Source: a virus
Lineage: Duplodnaviria; Caudoviricetes
Direction: 5' to 3' (one strand)
Length of the DNA: 64,000 nt
Virus record (IMG/VR): IMGVR_UViG_3300021426_000009
Span: 1 to 64,000 of that record
Shown: positions 9,045 to 18,107 of the stretch, one piece after another
Position numbering within the stretch: the first letter of the stretch is position 1
Layout: each line of letters starts with the position of its first letter
The notes under the pieces: generated by a model
What the model saw: only the letters and a program-made list of their open reading frames with translations
Told to the model about the DNA's origin: nothing
Databases searched by the model: none
Translations under genes and position numbers: made by a program

Positions 9045-9185
9045 ATGAGCAAGAAAAGGAAGAAGCATAGCGGAAAGATATGCAGCCAATGTGTTTACCT
9101 GTCCAAGGATGGGGATGATTGGATTTGTGGCTGTGGACGTGGATTCGTTGAGCCGTACAACCCTGCTTGCAGGGAGTTTGAATAA
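9045..9185 (+). CDS. 46-aa Cys-rich protein (not in ORF track)
   Basis: MSKKRKKHSGKICSQCVYLSKDGDDWICGCGRGFVEPYNPACREFE fills the gap between neighbours. Confidence 0.55.
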   Translation: MSKKRKKHSGKICSQCVYLSKDGDDWICGCGRGFVEPYNPACREFE

Positions 9186-9207
9186 ATACCAGTAAAAGTA
9201 AAGAGCA

Positions 9208-9459
9208 ATGGAAGAACTGAAAGTGGTAAGAACGACCTTCAAGGTAGAAGGTATCGACGAACCCTGCATCATGGTTGGTGAGGGTTTCGCTCAGGTGAGA
9301 ATCAGCAAGTGTCATCACTTCATCGGCAGGGATAGCCTGTATGTCAGGGAAATCCTCGATGGGGAGTTCAACGCAGAGGACGAGTTTACAGGTGACTTCG
9401 ACACCCTGTCGGATGAGGATGCCATCAGACTGGCAAGAGAGTTTTCAGCATACATATAG
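9208..9459 (+). CDS. hypothetical protein
   Basis: AAGAGCAATG leader. Confidence 0.7.
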   Translation: MEELKVVRTTFKVEGIDEPCIMVGEGFAQVRISKCHHFIGRDSLYVREILDGEFNAEDEFTGDFDTLSDEDAIRLAREFSAYI

Positions 9460-9470
9460 GAGGTTGTAGT

Positions 9471-9920
9471 ATGGATATAAAAAAGTTGATGATTGATGAC
9501 TGGGTGCATGTAAAAGCATATCGTATGGGAATCAATTTCCAGAGAGAGGAGTTCATGCGCCCTCTAAAAGTGGCTGAAGTTGGTGTAAGAATAGTGCTCT
9601 ACGACCCGCTTCCGACATTCGACACGACAATGAGGGAAGAAGAACGTCAGTATACCATTTATCAGGATGCAGATGCAATAGAACCAGTCCCTCTGACTGA
9701 AGAGATTTTGATGAAGAACGGATTCATGTACCATCATGATGAGAAGGGAGCGTATGGTGTAACCATTTCACCTTACTATGTACGAAAGGATTCCCCGAGA
9801 ATCTTCTGCGATGGCAGACCGTTTGCCGTATGGTTCGAGGACGAGGTAGATATCAAGTACGTCCATGAACTTCAGCATTTGTTAAGAATTTGTGGATCAG
9901 AAAAGGATATTGTATTATGA
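9471..9920 (+). CDS. hypothetical phage protein
   Basis: Ends IKYVHELQHLL, a common Bacteroidetes phage small-protein motif. Confidence 0.7.
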   Translation: MDIKKLMIDDWVHVKAYRMGINFQREEFMRPLKVAEVGVRIVLYDPLPTFDTTMREEERQYTIYQDADAIEPVPLTEEILMKNGFMYHHDEKGAYGVTISPYYVRKDSPRIFCDGRPFAVWFEDEVDIKYVHELQHLLRICGSEKDIVL

Positions 9921-10285
9921 AAGCAGAAGAGTTTATCGAGAAAGTCAAGGTCGGAGGTTTCGACCAGGCAGAGTATGTCGGCATAGCCGATGCAATGGAA
10001 GCCGTGAAGATTGCCCACAACGATGCGGTCAAGAAGTGGACGTTGTGGTGCTTCAACTACCAGACACCGTTTGAGAGAGTGATCTGCAGCATATGGGGAG
10101 GAACGCTCTCTTATGCTCAGGGGACGTACTACTGCGGAAACAACCATTTCACCCAGCACCTGATTGAGAAGTGGCAGTCGTTCGAGAGCAGAGGGGACGC
10201 ACGTATGCTGTTCTTCTATTGCGAGCTTGACAGCAATCTCAGGAAGCAGTTGATCGATTGGGTAATGGAGAACTATAGAGGATAG
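9917..10285 (+). CDS. hypothetical protein
   Basis: ATGA-coupled ORF. Confidence 0.7.
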   Translation: MKAEEFIEKVKVGGFDQAEYVGIADAMEAVKIAHNDAVKKWTLWCFNYQTPFERVICSIWGGTLSYAQGTYYCGNNHFTQHLIEKWQSFESRGDARMLFFYCELDSNLRKQLIDWVMENYRG

Positions 10286-10288
10286 GTT

Positions 10289-10495
10289 ATGACGGTAGGA
10301 AAATATATCGAGTATCTGAAGACACTCGACCCAGGAAAGGGGATATGGGTGCGGTATGATGGCTCAAATGATTTTGCAGCCGGAATGAGAAAGCCAGTGG
10401 TAGAGGGCACTGTCAGTAAAGCCCTTTCCGAATACTCAAAGAAATGGCTTGATGAAGATGTTGAAGAAGGTGACTACTTCATCGATGTAAGTTAG
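10289..10495 (+). CDS. hypothetical protein
   Basis: ORF converging on the integrase. Confidence 0.6.
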   Translation: MTVGKYIEYLKTLDPGKGIWVRYDGSNDFAAGMRKPVVEGTVSKALSEYSKKWLDEDVEEGDYFIDVS

Positions 10496-11703
10496 AGTCC
10501 GAGAACGTAGTCAATGACCTTGCGGTTTGCCTCGTCGACCTTCCGATAGTCGGAATTGATATAGATGGCTGTCGTCTTGTTGCCATAGGAATGGCCCAAG
10601 GCGGCAGTTATTGTCTCCCGAGGTATGCCGATGCTGTCGGCTATCGTCGCCCATGTGTGTCTGGCCACATAGACGGACAGGCCGGGAAAGGCGGGATGAT
10701 ACACGAGTGTCTTCCTGCCGTTGACGATGACGTGCTCACGGGTGCCGATCTGCTTCAGAGCCCTGTTCACGGAACTGGTGAAGGTATGGGCATCCTTGTA
10801 TCTCTCGGAGAGGGACAGCAGCTGCCTGGTGCCTCGGTAGCGGTCTATGATTTCCTGAGCCTCGGGCTCGACCTTGATGTTATACATGCGGTAGGTCTTG
10901 GAACGCTGATACACAACTCTCCCATCAACGACTTCGAGGCCGTCACAGAGGTCTACAAGGTTGATTCCGATGAGATAAAAGACCAGCTTAAACAAATCCA
11001 CATACTTCCGCTGATGAGGCAACACGGGGTAGTTGAACAGCTCCCTCAGCCTCTCCACGCTGTAGGCACGCTTGGCGGTTGGCACGGGACGTACCATGAA
11101 CTTGCGGAAGGGATAGTAGGAGGTCACGTCATTGTCGATGGCATCGTTGAACACGGCACGTATGTTCCTGAAATGGATGGAACGTGTGTTCTGCGATGGC
11201 TCGAAGTCCGTCAGGAACAGGTCGAACCTCGTCAGCCAGTCCTTGGTGATCTGCTCGAAGGAGAGTGTGCCAACCTTGGAGTCGAACTGCTGCAGGCGCT
11301 TCATGGTCGCCTCGTAGATTTCACGGGTACGTTTCTTCTTGCGTGTCTGGGTGTACTGCCTGAAGCGCACCATGAAGAGGCTGCCGTCCTCGCTGGGGTT
11401 GAGCATGCCTACGATGGTGTTCTTGATTTGGACGGCCGTCATCTTGGTCAGCTTCCCCTCGGTGGTCAGCCGGAACAGGAGGTTGTCGACTCTCTGCTTC
11501 TGACTCTGCAGGTAGGCATTGATGGCCGTCTTGTTGGGATTGTCCTTGACCCTGCCGTGTTCCTTGTCCCACTGGCTGGGCAGTACCCTCACGTCGAGGG
11601 ATATGTATGCGCCCTGCCTGTTCTTGGTAATCTTGAGCTTTAGGGGAGCGGCCTCCCCATACTTCACAGCCCTTGTGTCGAGATAGAATTTCGTCGTTGC
11701 CAT
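10492..11703 (-). CDS. int: tyrosine integrase (arm-binding, SAM-like and catalytic domains)
   Basis: Likely start MATTKFYLD at 11703; YVARHTWATIA, ALGHS and TTAIY catalytic motifs; adjacent to the att site. Confidence 0.95.
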   Translation of the reverse strand: MATTKFYLDTRAVKYGEAAPLKLKITKNRQGAYISLDVRVLPSQWDKEHGRVKDNPNKTAINAYLQSQKQRVDNLLFRLTTEGKLTKMTAVQIKNTIVGMLNPSEDGSLFMVRFRQYTQTRKKKRTREIYEATMKRLQQFDSKVGTLSFEQITKDWLTRFDLFLTDFEPSQNTRSIHFRNIRAVFNDAIDNDVTSYYPFRKFMVRPVPTAKRAYSVERLRELFNYPVLPHQRKYVDLFKLVFYLIGINLVDLCDGLEVVDGRVVYQRSKTYRMYNIKVEPEAQEIIDRYRGTRQLLSLSERYKDAHTFTSSVNRALKQIGTREHVIVNGRKTLVYHPAFPGLSVYVARHTWATIADSIGIPRETITAALGHSYGNKTTAIYINSDYRKVDEANRKVIDYVLGL

Positions 11704-11708
11704 ATCGG

Positions 11709-12047
11709 TTTGCACGTTATTTGCACGCAAAGTGTTAAAAGACTCTCTCAGAACCCCCTGTTTACGGACATTTCGCAAAAAAGTGCTTTGCACGCTATTT
11801 GCACGCATTCAGGTGCAGAAGAGGTCAAAATGGTGCAAAATGGTTCAAAAGCAAGAATGCCCACCGACGTGGGTGAGCATCCTGAAAGCCCTTTGTTTAC
11901 TGGGGTTTTAGCGGAGAGAACAGGATTCGAACCTGCGAAACGATTTTGTCGTTTACACGCTTTCCAGGCGTGCATCCTCGCTATGTATGTTGTTAATTTA
12001 CAGAGAGTTGCGAACACCGAGTTTTTGATTTGCACGCTATTTGCACG
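11709..12047. repeat. integrase arm-type sites: three tandem pairs of TTTGCACG (11-bp period)
   Basis: 11709/11720, 11787/11798 and 12029/12040, flanking the tRNA-derived core. Confidence 0.75.
11911..11973 (-). other. attP core: 3' part of tRNA-Ser(GGA)
   Basis: Minus strand gives CACGC-CTGGAAA-GCGTG anticodon arm, a long variable arm, GCAGG-TTCGAAT-CCTGT T-arm and TCTCTCCGC; there is no 5' half. Confidence 0.85.
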
Positions 12048-12162
12048 TTTTTCGGTTTCTTGACCCTAATCTAACGTATCAGTAGTGCCCTGCTCGAGAC
12101 ACCATCACCATGAGAGAGAACACATCGGGCATAATGCCCTCAAATGTTAAACATTGTTAGCA

Positions 12163-12221
12163 AATAGAATATTCTAAGGATATTCTTCGTTTTTTCAGAA
12201 ACTTTTTGCTACCTTTGCACT
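12163..12221 (+). promoter_or_regulatory. putative operator repeats plus Bacteroidetes -7 box (TACCTTTGCACTA)
   Basis: AATAG-AATATT-CTAAG-GATATT-CTTCG upstream of TAnnTTTG; matches the 14346-14405 region. Confidence 0.6.
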
Positions 12222-12287
12222 ATCATTTATAAACAATGGTGCAAAAGTACTAAAAATGTACGTGCACACAAAGAAAAGTCCGAAGAA

Positions 12288-12656
12288 ATGTCAGAAACGA
12301 CTGCAATTTTATCAGAAATTAAGGTTTCGGGAGCCAAAAAGCCGTCCGAACGGGATTTCATCAGGGACATCGTCAAGAAGATCGAGGAGCGCATCCTCAT
12401 GGAATGCCTGACAAGTAACGACGTGTTCCTGCGGGTCGACTACAGGTCTGGCAGCGTCGAGGTGAGGATGACGAGCAGTGGAGAGAACGAGGTCGTGGTG
12501 TACCACTCAGGCAACGACCATGAGTCACCAGTGCTCGAGGCCACCATCACGGGCATGCTGCCGGACTGGTGGGCAATCCATGATATGGCGGTCGAGGAGG
12601 ACAGGAAGGAACAGGAATTTCAGAGATACCTGTGGGACAACTGCAGGTACTGGTAA
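12288..12656 (+). CDS. hypothetical protein
   Basis: First ORF after the promoter. Confidence 0.7.
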   Translation: MSETTAILSEIKVSGAKKPSERDFIRDIVKKIEERILMECLTSNDVFLRVDYRSGSVEVRMTSSGENEVVVYHSGNDHESPVLEATITGMLPDWWAIHDMAVEEDRKEQEFQRYLWDNCRYW

Positions 12657-12679
12657 TATTCATCTAAAAGGCAAGAGCA

Positions 12680-12895
12680 ATGAAAGAAACAAGAGAAATG
12701 TTGTCCCTTTGGAAGCATTCAGTACAATGGGAGAAGATGACAAGTAGGCAGAAGGCATTATCGGTATGGTTCTCCCTGTCGTTCGTGATGGTCGGAGCAT
12801 GTGGCGGCGATATGCTGCCCTTGGCCCTGGCCTTGGTGAATTTCGGTGCAGCGACGTACTTCTGCGTGAAAAACGTCCCAATGGAGGAGGAATGA
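12680..12895 (+). CDS. small membrane protein
   Basis: AAGAGCAATG leader; two hydrophobic stretches. Confidence 0.7.
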   Translation: MKETREMLSLWKHSVQWEKMTSRQKALSVWFSLSFVMVGACGGDMLPLALALVNFGAATYFCVKNVPMEEE

Positions 12896-12897
12896 CC

Positions 12898-13098
12898 ATG
12901 GAGAGAATGACAAGAACTGCCCCCACCACCCAGCAGAAGACGCTGTTCGTGGACGTGATGCTGCACGAGAGGTTCGTGTTCACTCTGAAGTACAAGTTCT
13001 GTCCCCTGTTCAAGCTGAAGCTGGAGGACATCGTGGAGAAGGTATTCGAGGCAAGGCCATCCCTGAAGGGCAAGCCGATAGAACTTTACATCGACTGA
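12898..13098 (+). CDS. hypothetical protein
   Basis: Coupled ORF. Confidence 0.6.
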   Translation: MERMTRTAPTTQQKTLFVDVMLHERFVFTLKYKFCPLFKLKLEDIVEKVFEARPSLKGKPIELYID

Positions 13099-13099
13099 T

Positions 13100-13303
13100 A
13101 TGGTAAACGAGGAACCTCAGGTATCTCCGACTGCAAGGTACAGCATAGGAGAGGCGGCACAGATACTGGGCATCCACAGGAACACGCTCAGGAGACACAC
13201 GAACATCGGTCCGTTAGGGATCGACTGTAAGCACAGGAAGTCCAACGGACGTAAGTACTATACGGGGCTGGACATAGTCAGGTTCTGGAGAGCAAGCGTT
13301 TAG
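13100..13303 (+). CDS. excisionase-like MerR-type HTH protein
   Basis: YSIGEAAQILGIHRNTLRRH winged HTH, near the integrase. Confidence 0.75.
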   Translation: MVNEEPQVSPTARYSIGEAAQILGIHRNTLRRHTNIGPLGIDCKHRKSNGRKYYTGLDIVRFWRASV

Positions 13304-13306
13304 GAT

Positions 13307-13579
13307 ATGGCACAGACTATCTTTGATTTCGAGACGAACAGGAATGCGGTGATAATCCACTATCCGCACCTGTACCCGTATGGGCCTGCATACGAAGGCG
13401 AGAGACCGACTGGATGCGTGGTACGCTTCCATGGCTACTCCATCAGCGCCTCAGTCTATCAGAAGGGCTTCAGGGTGTTCAAGAACAGCGAGAACCTGTC
13501 GAAGCCGTTCCCTACTCTCAGGGAGGCAAGGAACTTCATCATCGACAGGGTGAACAAAAGACGAAGGCTTTTCAGCTGA
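13307..13579 (+). CDS. hypothetical protein
   Basis: ORF track. Confidence 0.65.
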   Translation: MAQTIFDFETNRNAVIIHYPHLYPYGPAYEGERPTGCVVRFHGYSISASVYQKGFRVFKNSENLSKPFPTLREARNFIIDRVNKRRRLFS

Positions 13580-13584
13580 AAGCC

Positions 13585-13923
13585 TCACACATCACTTGAG
13601 CCGTCAGCCTTTGGTTGGCGGCTTCTGTTTTTCCACTTGACAGGTACGGGCACGTCGGTGCCGTCACGGAAGACAGGCCCATCCCCAGTGAGCAGCCATG
13701 TGCCGGAGACACCGAAGTCCCTGACGAGCGGTGTAAGCACCTCGGGCTTCAGGACGGTGTTGTCTGGACTCTCCTTGACATGCTGGAGGTTGCGTCTGTT
13801 GATTCCGTACTTGGACGTGTAGGTCTGGAGACCCCTGAGGTGCCTCGCATCGGTCAGCATGTCAATCACCCTGAAGAAGCGCTCGGTGACGGCCAGCCCG
13901 TCCGTGTTGATACTCATTGCCAT
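13585..13923 (-). CDS. XRE-like HTH regulator
   Basis: GLQTYTSKYGINRRNL HTH; FGVSGTWLLTGDG motif. Confidence 0.75.
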   Translation of the reverse strand: MAMSINTDGLAVTERFFRVIDMLTDARHLRGLQTYTSKYGINRRNLQHVKESPDNTVLKPEVLTPLVRDFGVSGTWLLTGDGPVFRDGTDVPVPVKWKNRSRQPKADGSSDV

Positions 13924-13925
13924 GA

Positions 13926-14324
13926 CTATTCGAATTTGCGTTCAAGGATGGAGATCAGCCTCTCGAGGTTCTGAGCGTTTAGCTTGTTGGCCTCGGCATT
14001 CATCAGGTTGGCATCAGCGTTCTTCTTGCCAAGTGCTATGAACTCCTGCATCATCCTCACCATCGCCACCATGCTCGAGCCCTGGTCATCAGTCTTAGGA
14101 TATTCTAAGTCCGTGTCGTGGTTCAGCATCTCACCGAAGCCGGTCTTCAGCCAGTTGACGTTCAGCTCGGGAAAGCCTTTCTCTATGAGCAGCAGGGATC
14201 CGTCCGTGATGTTGTCGTTCACCTTGCTGCAGAATCCGTTCGATAGCCCGCACTTGCGTTCAAATGCGGACGGCTTGAGGTTCTTTGCCTCCAAAAAGGA
14301 GTACAGCCTGTCTTTTATGCCCAT
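13926..14324 (-). CDS. CI-like repressor (XRE HTH, no peptidase domain seen)
   Basis: FERKCGLSNG HTH and LNVNWLKTGFGEM; divergent from the Cro-like gene. Confidence 0.8.
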   Translation of the reverse strand: MGIKDRLYSFLEAKNLKPSAFERKCGLSNGFCSKVNDNITDGSLLLIEKGFPELNVNWLKTGFGEMLNHDTDLEYPKTDDQGSSMVAMVRMMQEFIALGKKNADANLMNAEANKLNAQNLERLISILERKFE

Positions 14325-14345
14325 ATAAGTTAAAAATAATTAAGC

Positions 14346-14405
14346 AATAGCATTTTCTACGGATATTCTTAGGATATTCCGAATAAATTTGCTACCTTTG
14401 CACTA
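14346..14405 (+). promoter_or_regulatory. cI/cro intergenic operators plus -7 box
   Basis: AATAG-CATTTT-CTACG-GATATT-CTTAG-GATATT-CCGAA, then TACCTTTGCACTA. Confidence 0.65.
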
Positions 14406-14438
14406 CCTATTTAATATAATAATGCAAAATTAGCAAAA

Positions 14439-14687
14439 ATGAGCGAAAGAAACAAGGAAAATCAGGAAAAAGTTCGAAAAATGACCCTCAAGGGCTATTA
14501 TTCGCAACTACCAGATGCGACTCATCCGAAGACGGACTTCGTGAATGAGGTGGCCATCGAGGCGGGAGTCTCCGCTGCCACCGTCAGGAACTGGGTCATC
14601 TACGGCATGCGTCCGCAGAACAAGAGTCATGTGGAGATCCTGTCCCGAAAGACGGGTATCTCGGTTGAAGACCTTTGGGAAGATTGA
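14439..14687 (+). CDS. Cro-like HTH protein
   Basis: EVAIEAGVSAATVRNW HTH; divergent from the repressor. Confidence 0.8.
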   Translation: MSERNKENQEKVRKMTLKGYYSQLPDATHPKTDFVNEVAIEAGVSAATVRNWVIYGMRPQNKSHVEILSRKTGISVEDLWED

Positions 14688-14688
14688 T

Positions 14689-15237
14689 ATGGAAGGCTAC
14701 GAGTTCTATACGATTGACGGAGAGGTCTGGTACATCACTTCAGACGGAAGGAACGAGAGGCTGGATGAGTCCAAGACGGAAATTATAGCCCAGCTGATCG
14801 ACAGGATGATGGAGTGCTACCCCGAGGCATACAAGGCTTTGTCCGAGTACTACTCGAAGGTGGCATTGAACGTCAGCCGCTACAGGTTCATGATTGCACG
14901 TCGCTTCTGCAAGTGCAACTTCGGCAACCTCGATACGGCTGAAATGGACTGCAGGCAGTCTCAGGTGTTCAGCTTCGAGAAGGTTCAATGCCCTCTCCGA
15001 GGCGAATGTCCATATGAGAGTATCGTCTGCATGCCGAAGTTCAACTCATCCCTTTCGAAGAAGGAGCTGGAGGTAATGAGGCTTGTCTATGAGGGATGCA
15101 GCAACGAGCAGGTGGCCGAAAGGCTGTACCTCTCGCCATTCACGGTGAAGAACCACATCAAGTCGGTTTACGCTAAGCTGGGCATCCACGAGAAGTCTGA
15201 GTTCATCCAGTACGCTAATAAGAATAGTTTGTTTTAG
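14689..15237 (+). CDS. LuxR-type HTH regulator with Cys-rich middle domain
   Basis: LSKKELEVMRL...VAERLYLSPFTVKNHIKSVYAKLG. Confidence 0.85.
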   Translation: MEGYEFYTIDGEVWYITSDGRNERLDESKTEIIAQLIDRMMECYPEAYKALSEYYSKVALNVSRYRFMIARRFCKCNFGNLDTAEMDCRQSQVFSFEKVQCPLRGECPYESIVCMPKFNSSLSKKELEVMRLVYEGCSNEQVAERLYLSPFTVKNHIKSVYAKLGIHEKSEFIQYANKNSLF

Positions 15238-15271
15238 TTAACATTATGTGTAATTCAAAATTTCAAGAGCA

Positions 15272-16219
15272 ATGAGTTTATTTAAGAAACCAAGCGAGTT
15301 AGAGTTTGTGACCACCATCAAGATGCTGGTCTATGGTCAGCCGGGTATCGGCAAGTCAACAATGGCACTGAGTGCACCCAATCCCGTCCTGTTCGACTTC
15401 GACGGAGGTGTACAACGAGTAAACGTAGCGTTCCAGTGTCCGACGCTGCAAGTGAAGAGCTGGGAGGAAGCACTCCAGGCCCTCGATGAGTTAAAGGCTG
15501 GCGAGGTCGATTGCAAGACAATCGTGATTGACACGGCAGGAAAGATGCTGGACTTCATGTCCGACTACATCATGCGTAACGACTCGAAGATGAAGCAGCG
15601 TGACGGCTCTCTCAGCCTGAAGGGCTATGGCGCCCGTAAGGTGATGTTCCAGAATTTCCTCCTTCAGGTGGCCCAGATGGGCAAGAACATTGTCTTCGTA
15701 GCACATGAGCGTGAGGAGAAGGACGGTGATACAAAGATCGTCCGTCCGGAGATTGGCGGTTCTTCAGCAGGCGACCTGATGAAGGAGCTTGACCTCGTCG
15801 GCTACGTTCAGGCCGTCGGTTCTGACCGTACCGTGTACTGGACACCTCAGGAGAAGTTCTATGCCAAGAACACCTGCAATCTCCCTGCATGGCAGAAGAT
15901 ACCTGTCATCGTTGACGAGAAGGGCAACGTGACACAGCAGAACGACACGCTGCAGAAGGTGTTCGCCTACTACGAGGCCAACGTGAAGAAGATCGAGGAG
16001 ACACGCAAGCGCTACAACGAGCTCCTTGACGAGATTGAGGTGGCCATCGAGAACATCACGGATGCCAAGTCTGCCAATGAGTTTGCCAAGGCCATCGGCA
16101 CGACGGAGATTATCTGGGACAGCAAGGTTCGTGCCCGTGAGCTGTTCAAGGCCAAGGTAGAGCAGCTGAAGCTGAAGTGGAACTCTAAGTCGAAGACCTA
16201 TGAAGACGCTGCAGCCTGA
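15272..16219 (+). CDS. AAA_24 / Sak4-like recombination NTPase
   Basis: Walker A GQPGIGKST; IVIDT Walker B. Confidence 0.85.
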   Translation: MSLFKKPSELEFVTTIKMLVYGQPGIGKSTMALSAPNPVLFDFDGGVQRVNVAFQCPTLQVKSWEEALQALDELKAGEVDCKTIVIDTAGKMLDFMSDYIMRNDSKMKQRDGSLSLKGYGARKVMFQNFLLQVAQMGKNIVFVAHEREEKDGDTKIVRPEIGGSSAGDLMKELDLVGYVQAVGSDRTVYWTPQEKFYAKNTCNLPAWQKIPVIVDEKGNVTQQNDTLQKVFAYYEANVKKIEETRKRYNELLDEIEVAIENITDAKSANEFAKAIGTTEIIWDSKVRARELFKAKVEQLKLKWNSKSKTYEDAAA

Positions 16220-17150
16220 CTACGCATTCTCTCCATCCCTGTTGGATGCCTTCCAGCGCATGGTCGACACCAAGGCAGAAGATTTCTTCTACAAGGACGA
16301 GGCCGGTGCATGGCACCTCAACTGGAATGAGACGGAAGAGACGCTCCACTTCTCCGAGGAGGAGGTGGACGCTCTTCTGAAGCAGGAGTTCATCGACAAG
16401 GTGAACAAGGTTCCAGAACCTCCTTCCGAGGCTGCAAGCAAGGGAACTGCGTTCAACGAGATCGTGGACTGCCTGGTGAAGAAGTGCAAGCCATCGAACC
16501 CTGCCATCGTCATCAAGACGGTGCGCAGCGGTGAGGACCTGTATGATGCTCGGGTCAGGAAGCTCTCATACGAGGCCGACTGCCTCGGCAAGGACGTCAT
16601 GCCAGAGACCCTTCAGAAGGAGGACAGCATGGCTCAGTTCGCAAAGATAGGCTCTCCCTTCATCTACGCTGCCATCGACGGCTTCGAGTTCATGTACGAC
16701 AAGGACTTCTGCCTCGGGGCTGCCGAGTATTTCAAGGACTGCATCTGCCAGTACTACACGAAGAGCCTGATAGAGACCTCCAAGGGTGTCGTGGAGCTTC
16801 ACGGCTACATCGACTACCTGCGGTACGACAGGCTGTTCGATGCCAAGACCACCAAGCAGTATGCCTTCGGCAACTATCAGAAGAAATGGCAGAGGTACAC
16901 CTATCCGTTCACGCTGATAGAGTCGGGCATGATGAAGGACGTCACGTCGTTCGAGTTCACCATCTATGTCCTGAAGGGAGGGTCGAGCCGTACACCGCTC
17001 ATCACGGGCACCCAGTACAAGGAGGCCTACACTTACGACCATGAGCAGGCACGCATGATGCTCACGCAGCAGTGCGAGAGGGTTATCGAGTTCCTTGAGG
17101 AGAACAGAAGTCTAATCACGAACATGAAGGTGTTCGGTCAAACAGAATAA
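16200..17150 (+). CDS. PD-(D/E)xK exonuclease-like protein
   Basis: HGYIDYL..FDAKTT motif; follows the annealase. Confidence 0.7.
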   Translation: MKTLQPDYAFSPSLLDAFQRMVDTKAEDFFYKDEAGAWHLNWNETEETLHFSEEEVDALLKQEFIDKVNKVPEPPSEAASKGTAFNEIVDCLVKKCKPSNPAIVIKTVRSGEDLYDARVRKLSYEADCLGKDVMPETLQKEDSMAQFAKIGSPFIYAAIDGFEFMYDKDFCLGAAEYFKDCICQYYTKSLIETSKGVVELHGYIDYLRYDRLFDAKTTKQYAFGNYQKKWQRYTYPFTLIESGMMKDVTSFEFTIYVLKGGSSRTPLITGTQYKEAYTYDHEQARMMLTQQCERVIEFLEENRSLITNMKVFGQTE

Positions 17151-17153
17151 GCA

Positions 17154-17633
17154 ATGGCATTTCAGATTACAGGAAAGATCGAGCTGATTGGTGAGATTAC
17201 CACCAAGGCTTCGAAGAACGGTGGACAGCCGTTCCAGAGTAGGGAGTTCGTCCTTGATGCCACACGTTTCAACCCTGACACGGGCGAGCCTTGGGAGAAC
17301 CATCCAAAGTTCGAGCTCAGCAGCCGGAACGTGAACATCATAGACGGCTTCCAGATCGGACAGAGGGTGACTGTCGAGTTCGCCCTGAGAGGCGCTAAGT
17401 ATGCTGACAAGGAGACTGGAGAGATAAAGTACTTCACCTCTATCAGTGCGTTCAGAATCACACCTGCCGAGCAACAGCAGGGTCAGGCACAGCAGGGTCA
17501 GGCTCAACAGCCTGCCCAGGCACCAGCAGCTGCACCGCAGCCTGCCGTCCAGCCTGCAGCCCAGCCGTTTCCACCGCAGGTTGACGAGAACGGGAACCCA
17601 GTTAGCGGAAACGCAGACGACTTGCCCTTCTGA
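17154..17633 (+). CDS. single-stranded DNA-binding protein (DUF3127 type)
   Basis: OB-fold pattern, Q/P/A-rich linker, C-terminal DDLPF. Confidence 0.85.
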   Translation: MAFQITGKIELIGEITTKASKNGGQPFQSREFVLDATRFNPDTGEPWENHPKFELSSRNVNIIDGFQIGQRVTVEFALRGAKYADKETGEIKYFTSISAFRITPAEQQQGQAQQGQAQQPAQAPAAAPQPAVQPAAQPFPPQVDENGNPVSGNADDLPF

Positions 17634-17635
17634 CC

Positions 17636-18091
17636 ATGGCGCTGTTCAATCTACACAACCCCTACGAGGCCCAGCAGTTCAAGGCCTACTGCAACAAGGT
17701 CTATGAGGAGTGCATCAAGGCACCCCTCGGCCTTGTGGAGGTCAAGAAGAAGCACAGGCAGAGGTCCGACTCTCAGAACAGATACCTGCATGTGTGCCTC
17801 GGCTACTATGCCTCGGAGTTCGGCTATTCGCTTGACGAGGTCAAGCAGGACATCTTCAAGCGGAAGCTGAACAGGGACATCTTCGAGGTTGAGAGGACGA
17901 ACAGACGTGGGGAGAAGGTCAGGAGACTCAGGAGCACAAGAGACCTCGACACGGCGGAAATGACAACGGCCATAGAGCGGTTCCGCAACTGGTCGAGCGC
18001 AGTGGCGGGTCTCTATATCCCCTCCCCCAACGAGACAGAGGCTCTCTTCGCTGCACAGAAGCAGATGGAGGAGTACGAGCAGTATTTATGA
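17636..18091 (+). CDS. NinB/Orf-like recombination protein
   Basis: RSDSQNRYLH..STRDLDTAEMTTAIE motifs. Confidence 0.7.
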   Translation: MALFNLHNPYEAQQFKAYCNKVYEECIKAPLGLVEVKKKHRQRSDSQNRYLHVCLGYYASEFGYSLDEVKQDIFKRKLNRDIFEVERTNRRGEKVRRLRSTRDLDTAEMTTAIERFRNWSSAVAGLYIPSPNETEALFAAQKQMEEYEQYL

Positions 18092-18107
18092 ACTAAAGTT
18101 TAATGAT

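Noticed and set aside
10591-11643. 350-aa plus-strand ORF
   Set aside because: Antisense shadow of the integrase.
11911-11973. Functional tRNA-Ser gene
   Set aside because: The 5' half (acceptor 5' strand and D-arm) is missing; it is an att core.
16200-17150. Cas4/CRISPR adaptation gene
   Set aside because: A PD-(D/E)xK nuclease in an annealase-SSB recombination operon; no CRISPR context or Fe-S Cys cluster.
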